Below, piece by piece: positions 13,401 through 24,499 of a stretch of 64,000 nucleotides of DNA. This DNA is from Eledone cirrhosa (lineage: Eukaryota): assembly GCA_964016885.1 (NCBI GenBank), contig OZ024740.1:264120001-264184000 (forward strand), written 5' to 3'. Made by a program: the position numbers and the translations under genes. Within the stretch, counting starts at the first letter, position 1. Each line of letters starts with the position of its first letter. The notes under the pieces are model-generated. The model made no database searches. It was not told the origin of the DNA and saw nothing but the letters and a program-made list of their open reading frames with translations.

Positions 13401-13876
13401 GGGGAGCGCTGCCGGTTCGAGATTAGCTCTACAGGCACGGAAGTGTCGTCAGCCGAGCCTGTCCGAGATGCGCGCATAGCGACGAAACCGTTGTGCACGC
13501 ACTCGTTCAGTGCCCGAGCATTGCTCACTTGTGGAGCTATGTCGAACAGTTGCTGACACGTGTGGGACTGATCCGGTTGTCGACTGAGTCCATTGTGCAG
13601 ATGGTCTCGCCGTCTTCCTTTGAGGAGGAAGGGCAGGCGGTTTTCATCTGCCTGGTGGCCATGGCGAAAGAGATTGTGTGGTGGACAAGGTTAAAAGGAT
13701 TAAAGACAAACACCTTCCTCTTCGGCGAATCCCTGATTAACTTTTTCAAGTTTCACTTGAAGAGGAAACTCAGAGTGGAGAGGCAAGTGCTGCCTTCTAG
13801 CAAGTTTGTTGAAAGGTGGGTGAATGTAGCGAGAATGGTCCGAGTGAACGGGACCACTCTGAATATACGTCTGTAG
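10457..13876 (+). pseudogene. Tx1 copy 2 ORF2 (APE-RT-CCHC); one reading frame broken by two TAG stops, YADD changed to YADH
   Basis: ORFs 10385-12100, 12152-13426 and 13493-13876 share one frame; GSINARG, SETR, GDWN, TDH, WKLN, QSKAFD, QGCPLS motifs. Confidence 0.93.
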
Positions 13877-14156
13877 TTTGAGGGATGGACACATTGAGAG
13901 AGGGCGCTTGCCCTGGTGGTCAGGGTGGCCGTGGTCTTTTGTGTGGTTTTCGCCACGAGTAACCCTCGGAGGTTTCCCCCGTATTGGGGAATTTTTCATT
14001 GTTTCAATTTTCATTTTATTGTTTATATATGTTTTATGTCTTTTTTCTTTTCTTATATAAATAATAACAATATTTACACGCACAAAACGCACGTCGTACA
14101 GTCCTGTTCCGTCTGTGATGTTTTTCTTGATGTCAGCCCTTGTGGCCAATAAAGAA

Positions 14157-14195
<39 letters not shown>

Positions 14196-14404
14196 GGCGA
14201 CCTACGTAGGAAATCGTATTATCGTGAGCTCCGCAAAGGTTTGTTATTTCCGTTTGTTTAAAAATTGCCATTTATGGAAAATTTTATTGTAAACTGTTTA
14301 TAAGCACACATACATTGTTTTCCGAAAAGGACACGCAAAAAGATTGGGGCCTTGTGCCCAAAATTTTAACTTTTATTATTATCCAAAAATTTCTTTGAAA
14401 AAAA

Positions 14405-16366
14405 ATGGCTAATTCCCCTCTGCACAAAGCAGCTGAAAGCCTTCCTCACAAAATAACACCTCACACCGACACCACCATTGTAAATGTTACTACGTTTGCC
14501 AACACAAAAAAAAATATAAGCAGTAGCAATATTTTAAATTTGTCTCAGGCAGACATTCATTTCCCGCCATTACCAATGACTGCAGGTGTTAAACCCTCCA
14601 CCACCACCACCACCACCACCGCGACAACAGAAACAAAAGAAGAAAAAAATAAATTAACTCGTGACGTCGAAATGAAATCAAGCAAAATGGACTCTTCCCC
14701 ACCAAAGACGACTGACGTCACCACCACCACAACTGAAAATAAAATTAATATTAACGATAGCAACAACAACAACAATGACATTATAAAACCGACCCTCAGT
14801 TTCGCCATCGTAGCAAAACAATTCGAAGCGTTCACGGTAACTCAAGAAGATTTAGAAAATGCCAAACAAATGGTAAAGAAAGATGGGTACAGGGTCAGCC
14901 CCCCCCCACCTAATAAAATGGAGCATCGGCGCCTGTGCACCGTGTCGTATAGAACAATAAATGTAAAATCGCGCCGAGTGGAACGGGCATCCGAGTCCCA
15001 AATCCAAAAAGCTTTGGGACATGTGTGGGCAAGAAAAACCCACATCAGACGTGGGCAAAAGTATGGAACCGTGGATGTGTTCTTTGAAACACCAGAGGAG
15101 GCTAGAGAACACTCCATGGCCCCATTAAAAAGTGACGACTTCACACTCGTCCCAAGCTATTGTGGCCAGAGACTCGTAAAGATCAGGGTGACCCACGTTC
15201 CACCGGCCATCGAAATTCCCTGGCTAGTAGCGGCTGTCATCGCCGGCATCGAGGCCAACACGAAAATAATAACAATAGCAAAAGAAAAGCAGGAAAACTG
15301 GTCCGGATCTGGGATGGAGCTCCTGATCCAAGCGGACCAAAAAAGCATTGAGGAGATCCCAGAGGTAATAGACCTCACTGACGGCAGCCACCTCACGGTA
15401 ATTGTCGAGGGCAGAAGACCTAGGTGTGTCGTTTGTGGTGAAGGAACCCACCTAAGGGCTTTCTGCCCTCAGGCTAAAAGGTTGAGGCCACCTCTCCTAC
15501 CCACCCCAGTGACACAACCATCAACACCACCAGTAGTAGAGATGCCAGCAACAACAGTAGCAGCAACAACAGAAGCAACTATAACAGCAACAACCCCAGC
15601 AACAGTAGCAAAACCAACACCACTACCACCACCAGCAAAACCAACACCACCACCACCCAACGCTTCGGAACTAGCACCAGCGCCTACACCATCCACCACA
15701 CTACAACCAAAACTAACGGCTGTGGAGGATTTTCCACTCCCCGGCCTATCACAACTGGAGACAGATTGTGACGACGAGGAGTGGGAAACGATATCCGGAA
15801 AAAAAAAAAGAAACCAAAAAAGAAAAAATTCTCTTCCTTCCCCTTCCAAAAACAAAATACAGAGGGAAACAAATAAACTAAGAAACAAAAAAGTTAGGAC
15901 AGATATGCCACCATCCACACCAGCATCACCAACCCCATCAACCCAAACACCAACACCATCACCATCATTAACTCCAACACCACCATCACCTACACCACAA
16001 AAGTCACCAAAATGCGAAACAGAAACAAACCCACAACAAACGCAAACAAAACAAAACAACCAAAACGATACACACTACACAGCATTAAATTTGAACAACA
16101 AGCAATTATTGCACTACATCCAACACGACACCAGCATCACAGAAAAAGACTACACAACAACCCCAAAATTCACACCACCTCCACACATAGAAATCACTCG
16201 CATCACACAGAAAACGTACATGACACTAAAACAAAAATTCCCCAAAGACATCGGAGACTTCCGACAAGCACTCTCCAGGAGGATTTATAAGGACATGCTT
16301 CCTGAGGAGGCTACAAGCAGTGAAAAGGATGGAAAAACCGTCCTTCCCCTACGAGAAGTAAGGTAA
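14405..16366 (+). CDS. Tx1 ORF1 protein (653 aa) with one CX2CX4HX4C zinc knuckle and a Pro/Thr-rich disordered region
   Basis: Open frame; RPRCVVCGEGTHLRAFC; basic KKKRNQKRK patch. Confidence 0.9.
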   Translation: MANSPLHKAAESLPHKITPHTDTTIVNVTTFANTKKNISSSNILNLSQADIHFPPLPMTAGVKPSTTTTTTTATTETKEEKNKLTRDVEMKSSKMDSSPPKTTDVTTTTTENKININDSNNNNNDIIKPTLSFAIVAKQFEAFTVTQEDLENAKQMVKKDGYRVSPPPPNKMEHRRLCTVSYRTINVKSRRVERASESQIQKALGHVWARKTHIRRGQKYGTVDVFFETPEEAREHSMAPLKSDDFTLVPSYCGQRLVKIRVTHVPPAIEIPWLVAAVIAGIEANTKIITIAKEKQENWSGSGMELLIQADQKSIEEIPEVIDLTDGSHLTVIVEGRRPRCVVCGEGTHLRAFCPQAKRLRPPLLPTPVTQPSTPPVVEMPATTVAATTEATITATTPATVAKPTPLPPPAKPTPPPPNASELAPAPTPSTTLQPKLTAVEDFPLPGLSQLETDCDDEEWETISGKKKRNQKRKNSLPSPSKNKIQRETNKLRNKKVRTDMPPSTPASPTPSTQTPTPSPSLTPTPPSPTPQKSPKCETETNPQQTQTKQNNQNDTHYTALNLNNKQLLHYIQHDTSITEKDYTTTPKFTPPPHIEITRITQKTYMTLKQKFPKDIGDFRQALSRRIYKDMLPEEATSSEKDGKTVLPLREVR

Positions 16367-16400
16367 GTGGTCTTTCCCATCTTTTCCACTCCTTTTCAAC

Positions 16401-19400
16401 ATGACCTCACTCAGAATAGGCAGCATAAATGCGCGTGGCTTGGGGTCGTCATGGAAGCAGGGCCACCTGCTCAACGACCTCAGGTCACTAAACATAGATG
16501 TAGTGGCCATCAGCGAGACCAGAATCTCCGAAGCACAGGCTTTCGCACCGATCTTCGGCGGCTACGATGTGTACGCATCTCCCAGCCGTCCGGGATCGGG
16601 GGGAGGAGTTGCTTTGCTTTTTCGGAGAGGTTTGGATCTTGCCATACGGGCCATCTTCCTGGACCCAGAAGGTAAGTTGGTGGTGCTGGACGTGACCAGC
16701 GGAGACGGGCAAGCTTTCAGGTTAGTGGCCGTCTATGCCCCGACAGGAGCAGGGCGGCCTGATTTCTTCCGGCGTCTGGAGACCTTTCTTGGAACGTCCC
16801 GCTCTTTAGGGTTAGTGGGCGACTGGAACGGGATCTTAGATGCACGCTGGGATTGTGTGGGATTAGTGGATAGGGAAGGAGGGTGCAAGAGTCTCACCAA
16901 CCAGCTCAGACGTTTTGAACTGTCTGACAGGTACCAAATGGATTTCCCGAATGTACCAGTGTGGACTTGGACAAATCGCATAGGGTCATCCAGATCATAT
17001 CTAGATAGAGTATTTTGTAGGGAAATAGATAGGTCTAGCATAGGCTGTCCACAATTCAAGATAGTCAGCTACACGGACCACAAATTCGTGATCTGTGTGC
17101 TTGACTTAGATAGGCTTCATAGACAAGGACCCGGCTACTGGAAGCTAAACGCGTCCTTACCAGCGCGCAAGGCCTACAGAGACCGGATTAGCGAACTAGT
17201 TAAGCGGGCGTTGACGGGGGCCATCGTCAACAACAAGTGGTGGTTTGCTCTGAAAAGAGCAATTAGAATAGAGTCCATTATGTTTAGTAAGACTTTAGCA
17301 ATAGAGAAAAATAGAGCAGAGGGAGAATTAGTTAGAAAATTAGATGAGGCGCTTAGCAAAGGCATCGCGACCGACGTACTTGCGGCGAAATTGGCCCTTG
17401 ACCAATTCTTCAATGCAAAGCACGAAGGCTGCGTTGTCAGAGCTAGGGTGCTTGCTCTCAGACACGAGGGAACGAAAGCCGTTCAATGGGCCCGAGTGGC
17501 GGAGGCGCGTCGTGGCAACAAAGCCACGATCCGGTCTTTGGTGGACCACGACGGGCGCATGCTACTCGATCCCGGGCAAATGTGTGAAGCTTTTCAGCGA
17601 CACTTCGCTCAACTGTTCGGGGGCAGTGGCGGGCCGGATCGAGGGATGGACTTTAGTGTCTACCTCGACGGACTGTCGCGGCTTTCGGCCACTGAGGCGG
17701 AGTGTTGCGAAAAGCCGATAACAACCGCTGAAGTACGGGATGCAATGACTAGTTGCACAAGGGGTAAATCGCCTGGTTTGGATGGTCTGCCCTATGAACT
17801 TTACGTACAAATGCCAAACTTGTTCGGAGGCCTCTTGGCGGACGTCTATTGCAACTGGCAACAGAACGGGAGAATTCCCAGCTCTGTGAGCCGAGGAGCG
17901 GTGGCGCTGCTGAGAAAGGATCCGAACAAGGGGGATAACATAGATAATTTTAGGCCCATAACTCTGCTAAACACAGAGTTCAAGATTTTGGCCAAGGTGC
18001 TAGCAAAGAGGTTGGCGCTTGTCGTTGGTGGTCTTGTGGGAGAGGCACATACATGCGCCATTCCCGACATATCCATCCACGACAACCTCCACCTCATGCG
18101 ATACATCGTAGAGAGGGTAGCTAGGGAACCTGGCACGGGTGGGTCTTTGATCAATTTAGATCAGTCGAAAGCCTTCGATAGGGTCGACCATCGTTACCTA
18201 ACGGCAGTCCTGAGGGCGGCTGGCTTTGGGCCCGTCTTCAGAGGCTGGATCGCTGCCATGCACAGCGACATCTGCTCTGTAGTGAGAGTGAACGGTCACC
18301 TTTCGGAACCGTTCAACATCATGCGCTCGGTCCGCCAAGGATGTCCCCTCTCGTCCCTATTGTACGTATTGACTCTCGAGCCATTACTGCACAAACTGGA
18401 GACGTTGAGGGGCGTCCCGCGCGAACTAGGATGCGGAAGATCCGTGTCAGCATATGCCGACGATGTCACCGTAGTGGTGTCGAACGCCAAACACATCGAG
18501 GCGATCGGCACTACACTAAGAGAATACGAAGCGGTGACAGGAGCAATGATCAACCAGGAAAAGTCAGTGGGCCTGCAGCTCGGCACCTGGAGAGGCAGGT
18601 CCATGCCGTCCAACAGCGTCGTCGGGCGCTGGACGGACGGACCGGTTAAATTGCTAGGGGTCTGGTTCGGTCCGGACCTCCAGACGGACAAAAACTGGGA
18701 CGAGGTGACGAGCAGGGTGGCTTCTCTCACCCAGAAATGGGCCGAGAGGAAGCTATCCCTGAAAGGTCGAGCGGAGGTGGCGAATGCGTACATCGCATCG
18801 TCATCTACTACCGCCTGACCGTCGTACCTTGTCCTAAGCCCCGCCTGACTGCGCTGGAGCGTTTGCTCTTTCGCTTCTTGTGGAAGGGACGCGCTCCGAT
18901 GGTCAGGCGGTCCATCTGCTGTCAACACCCGCTACGTGGAGGGCTGGGCATGCCGTGGCTGATGATGCGCAGACACGCGCTCAGGCTACGACATCTCCAC
19001 CTCTTCCTCGACGGTGATCAGGTGTGGTCGCCGTTTGCAAGACACGTTTTTCCCCAGCTCGTCTCCTTGACGGAGCTGCAGTCCTGGGTCAAGCGAAGAC
19101 CGAGAGGAGCGCTTGGAGACTGGAATGTCTTCAGGCGCTCACAGCCCTCGACCAATCGGGCAATGTGATCGGTGGAAACTCCACCTTGGCGTTCTATAGG
19201 GGATTAGTGGAGGGGAAGAGCGACGACATACTTGGAGAAACTCTAGGCGTCGACGAAAATCAACTAACCAATCTCTTCGGAAGGACTTTCGGGCCGGGGC
19301 CTATGGACAACTTCCAGAAATCCCTGGCCTGGCAGTGCTACCGAGGAGCTTTGCCAGTTCGGGATAAACTCTACAGGCATGGAGGTGCCGTCAGCCGGGC

Positions 19401-19801
19401 ATGTCCGAGATGCGCGCAGGGCGACAAAACCGTCCTGCACGCACTCGTTCAGTGTCCGAACATTGCTGACTTGTGGGTTTATGTCGAACACCTGCTGTCA
19501 CGTGTAGGACGGATCCATCGTGAGGATTGCCCCGCCCCCTTCCTTTAGCCTGGAAGGGCAGGCAGTTTTTATCTGTCTGGTGGCCATGGCGAAAGAGATA
19601 GTATGGTGGACACGTTTGAAAGGGCTGAAGACGAGCACTTACCTCTTCGGTGATGCCCTGATTAACTTTTTCAAATTTCATTTGAAAAGGAAAATCAGGG
19701 TAGAGAGAGAAGTGCTCTCTTCCCAGCATTTTGTTGAAAGATGGGTGAGAGAAGCAAGTATGGCCCGAATGAATGGGCCTTCTCTGAGTATGTGTCTGTA
19801 A
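16401..19801 (+). pseudogene. Tx1 copy 3 ORF2: intact APE and RT (YADD) to ~18800, then two 1-bp deletions (~18799, ~19108) and a short deletion (~19517)
   Basis: 805-aa open frame plus fragments 18737, 19024, 19520; CPRCAQGDKTVLHALVQC zinc finger; indels inferred by comparison with copy 2. Confidence 0.92.
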
Positions 19802-20043
19802 ATTAAAGGTGGAAAACTGGGAGAGGGCACTTGCCCTGGTGGTCAGGGCCACTGTGGTATTTTAATGGGCTTTCTCCACAAATGTCCCTTGGAAGTCTCC
19901 CCCCTATTGGGGAATTTTTCTTTGTTATTTTATTTCAACCTCTGTTTTTTTACACGCAGAAATGCCCATTTGTACCGTCCTGTATTGTCCTGTACTGTCC
20001 TTAATGTCTACTTCATGTGAACTCTTGTGGTTAATAAAGAAAA

Positions 20044-20044
<1 letters not shown>

Positions 20045-20090
<46 letters not shown>
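20045..20090. repeat. (ATT)n tract shared tail-to-tail by Tx1 copy 3 and the Dong element
   Basis: Direct reading. Confidence 0.95.
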
Positions 20091-20091
<1 letters not shown>

Positions 20092-23000
20092 AGTTGCATT
20101 TATCTTGCTTTATGTTCATACGAGTTATCACCAAGTCACAACCAGTGACCTCATGAGACAACAAGGTCCGCCATGTTCAAGAAAGAACATACAGACACAC
20201 ACATGCATCTTTAGGTTTTTAGACATGTGATGTACTTATATTGACAGAATCTTCCTTAGTATATGGGCAGTTCCCATTAGTACTATCTTTTTTATTTCTC
20301 CTATATGCGGGTTTCCTGGGATTTGCGATAAGTAATCATTAGACACCTTAGGTATCATTCCCAGAGCGCCTACAACCACTGGTATTGTTTTAGTTCTCTA
20401 TTTCCACATTTTTCCAATTTCTATCTCCAGGTCCTTATACTTGCTCTATTTTTCAAATTTTTTTATAGATACATTCTTGTCTATTGGAAGGGAGATATCA
20501 ATTATCAGGCATACCCTCTTTTTAAAGTCCTTCAGTATTATATCAGGTATTTTTGCATCTATTTGTCGGTCTGTTTGGATGCTAAAGTTCCACAAGATTG
20601 AGATGTGATCTTTTACAAGTATGGGAGGTGAATCATTCTCCCACCATTTCTTTTGATGGGGCAGGTCACATTGCTTATACATTTTCTAATGTATGTATTG
20701 TGCAGCTCTGTCATGCCTGTCTAGGTATTAGGTTGGAGCTACAGGACTGCACATTGAAATTATATGATCAATTGTCTCTGGTTATTTTTTACGGCATAAT
20801 GGGTTGCATCCATTTTTATTATGTTGGCTTGGTAATTTTTTGTTGGCAGACACTGATCTTGTGCCGATATAATCAGTCCTTCAGTCTCCGATTTAAGTCC
20901 AGAGGATGCCAACCACTGATGGGTTAAAGTTTTGTCAACATCAGGATTGTTAGCTCGCTCTGGGTATTTTCCATACAGAGGCTTTTCTTGCCATTTCTTA
21001 GCCAGTTTCTGTACCAGTTCTTTCTTTGCAGTTACTTTTACCTGCTTTGCTTTTTCTGTGTTTTACATATCAGCAGTAAATGTGACTTCTGAAATTTGTA
21101 GTCCATTATTGTATCTTTGAGCATCTTTTGTAATGGAATATGATCTTTTGATGCTTTCGTGTTTCAAAACGAGTTTGATCATCCAATCATGTGATTCCCT
21201 TAGATATGTAGATAATCCAATTGTTGAAGTTTTCAACGCAATGTCTAACTGGATTAACCCACGTCCTCCTTCTTTCCTAGGGAGATATATTCTATCTATA
21301 TCTGCCTTAGGGTGATGCATTATGTGCATGGTTAAGAATTTTCGAAATTTTGTATCAAGCCTACGGATCTCTGTTCTTGACCAGTTGATGACAATGTAAC
21401 TGTAGGTTACTACTGGTATGGCAAGCGTGTTTATGGCATCTATCCTTTTCCTTGCATTCAATTCCGTTCTTAAGATTGCTCTTACTCTGCGGTAACATGC
21501 CTTCCTTATCCTTTCCCTCATTGTCGAGTGCTTGATTCCGTCTCCTTCACAAACACCTAGATATTTGTAAGTTTTTTCTTGATCACGTTCTCTTATCACG
21601 TTCCCCCGATCAAGATTAATGTCTGAACTCTTCAGCAGCTTTCCTCTGGTGAACGTTGCTTTGGCACATTTATCTAGTCCAAACTCCATTTTAATGTCAT
21701 CACTGAACTGCTTCACAGTGGATAATAGCCCTTGCAATTGTTCATCATTTTTTTGCAAATAGTTTCAGGTCATCCATGTAGAACAGGTGATTAATGGTTT
21801 TGTCATAGACTTTATATCCATGTTTCGTTTCATTGAGCATTTTACTTAATGGTATAAGTGCGATGCAGAATAAAAGCGGTGATAAAGAGTCACCCTGAAA
21901 AATTCCACAATTAATATTAACTTCTCCAGCTTCCAGTGATTTTGTTTCACTATTCAAAAGGAGTGTCGTTTTCCATGTCTTCATACTGAATGACAAAAAC
22001 CTCCTGACAACGGGGGATATTTTGAAAATCTCTAAACATTTTTCAATCCAACTGTGTGGCAAACTATCGAATGGTTTTTTATAATCTATCCAAGCAATCG
22101 ATAGATTTTTGTGTCTATTATGACAATCTTCCAGTATCATTTTGTTAACCAGAAGCTGATCCTTACAGCCATATGAGCCTCGTTTACACCCTTTCTGCTC
22201 AATGGGAAATAGGTCATTTGTTATCAGGTGGTCATATGTGTATTCAGTTAGGACTGATGGTAAAATTTTATACATTGTGGTCAAGCAAGTTATCGGTCTG
22301 TAATTTTTTGGATTGTTTGTCTCATCATTCTTCAGAAGCAGGAATGTAATGCCGTTAACTAGCCATGATGGTATCTTTTCCGGCTCCTTAACTATTTCAT
22401 TGTAAATTTGGGCTAACAGCTCATGAGACTCTGTGAAGGCATTTATCAAAAAATTTAGTATTTTGTCTTTTCCTGGGGATTTCCATTTGCTGGTTTTTCT
22501 TAGAGCCAAGCGCAACTGTTCAACTGTTATATTTAACCATATTTGTTCCTCAAGGTGAGCTGTTTCTTTCATTTGTCTGTCTATCCATGGGGCATGTATG
22601 TTATGAACTTTGTCTTCGGCCCAGATCTTTTCCCAGAATTCTTGCACTTCCTCCTTGGGTGGTATTGATTTAGCAGTTATTGTTGACTTACCAAATTTTC
22701 TGTAGAAGTTTCTTTGGTTGTTTTTGAACATATTATTGTCCTTATAGAATCTAGATCGTTTTTCAAAGCGCCTTATACGAGCAGCTTTGGCCGACACTTT
22801 TTGCTTGATTATTTCTATCAGCATGTCTATATCACTTGTTAATTTTATACTGTACTTTCTCTTCAATTTTCTAAGTTTTGTTTGTTTAACATGTTCACCT
22901 ACTTTATAGTTTGTTAACATTTCTATGTCAGATCGGAGAAGCTTTATTTGGCGATTGATGTTCTCTTGCCAAGTAGATTTCTTGTGGGAATTCCTTTATT

Positions 23001-24045
23001 TTTTCATCTTCACTCCACATAAGTGAGTGGTGACTTTAGCCGATGCATAATAGAGATGATTTAAATCAGTAATGTTTAGTTTGTTTGTGATGATAATGTT
23101 TTTGAGAATTATGTTAGTCTTGTGTATTATCTTTTGGTTCTGTTTGGAGTTCTTGCTCTTAGGGAGGGTGTCTCGTTGCCCCATGTCAGATTCTTTCATT
23201 TTCATCCATTCGATCATAATTTCATCCTTCAAGTTGGCAAGTTAATTCTCATTCATTTCTTTATCATTTACGATCTCATTATTTTCATTTGGAGTTTCAT
23301 CCTGAGCATGCACTCCCTCCACCTTTTCGATCCTTTCTTTAATTTGTTCTGTTGCCAGTGATTCCACCCCAACCCTGGGATTCGAAGTGTTACAGTTTAC
23401 CTCGTTTTCACTGACACATGTTTCATTTTCCCTTCGCTGACTTTGTGCTAATAGCTTGATCTGATCAATTTCTATATCAGTTAGTAACTTTTTTCTTACA
23501 ATATTTCTTCGTATATTGGCTAGTTTGTTACTGTCAATATAGCCTCTGCTTTCAGGATGTTTCTTTTTCCAGTAGATATATGTCTGTTCTGTATTCGATG
23601 TATTTGATGGGTAGTACATGGCAGTGTAGAAAGCCTCAAGGACTTCTTTATTATCTTCCCTTGACCATTTTTCTCTCTTTTTCTTTGGATTTCTTGGTGG
23701 TGAGCATGGAGGGCCAACAGTAGGAGTATTCCGGTTATGGGAGGTCTCCAGCTCCGAAGTGATGGGAAGGTTTGAACCATTAGCTGATTTTTCGACCCCA
23801 GTCTGGTTCCTCTCTGAGGGACGCGGCCCTTTATTACCCGGGTGACGGCCGATCCGGTATGAGATTTTATCATTAGACATTTACTTTATTTTGTCGCGTT
23901 TTATCCTTATCCGCCAAGGGGTAATCATTTCATGTTACCACTTCTAGAACGAGTGTCAACCAAGACTAGAGGGGTAATTCTCCCCTAGAGACACGGCTAT
24001 TCCCCGCCGGCCGCCATCCCGGTATTTCTTGGTCACGGGGTTTTC
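20091..24045 (-). mobile_element. R4/Dong-clade non-LTR retrotransposon (single ORF, RT + restriction-like endonuclease), apparently full length, frameshifted
   Basis: KNYRPITCL, FQGDSLSPLLF, LFYMDDLKL, YKYLG, EGGRGL; RLE region WNFSIQTD..IPDII..LIIDIS..KYKDL; 3' end runs into (TAA)n. Confidence 0.92.
20236..23880 (-). pseudogene. Dong/R4 ORF (RT-RLE), disrupted
   Basis: Fragments 23242-23880, 22996-23232, 21745-22920, 21063-21758, 20446-20682; ends GTAHILRKILSI*. Confidence 0.88.
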
Positions 24046-24499
24046 TTTTTGTTGTTTTTTTAAATTGTTATTATCATGAGTGGTTCCTTAATGTGAGCAT
24101 TGCGTGGCTTAAGAATGAAATTATTAATAATTGTCTCCACTCCAGGCACAAGGCTAGCAATCACCCAGTGCATTACAATAATATAATATACTTTTTGTTG
24201 TAGTTGGCTGTTATTGTTGTTGGCTATGTCGGTGGTGGTGCCGGGGCTTTTTATATTGTTGGTGAGGAAGGGGTGAGCCAGCAGTCCCATAGTTGTTGAT
24301 GTTGACGTTTGGCCGGTGGCCAGGTCACTAGCTCAATCTATTTATATCTTTTGCTGGCCTCTCCCTTGTCTAGTGATACCGCCACCTTCCCCTTTCTCTC
24401 TCAAGTTAACAGGGGAATAGTGGTGGTAGCATTGAAGGAGTGGTGGCGGCGACGATGGGATAGTGGTAGCAATGATGGATAGGGTGGGGTGGTGGCAGC

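Larger units (their letters stand above)
8099..14156 (+). mobile_element. Tx1/L1-clade LINE copy 2, full length
   Basis: Starts GG after (ATT)n; ORF1 + ORF2; ends GCCCTTGTGGCCAATAAAGAA-(ATT)n. Confidence 0.95.
14196..20044 (+). mobile_element. Tx1/L1-clade LINE copy 3, full length, intact ORF1
   Basis: Starts GG after (ATT)n; ends CTTGTGGTTAATAAAGAAAAC-(ATT)n. Confidence 0.96.

Noticed and set aside
710-20044. Tx1 train as an assembly-induced tandem duplication
   Set aside because: The copies have different UTRs, ORF1s and private mutations.
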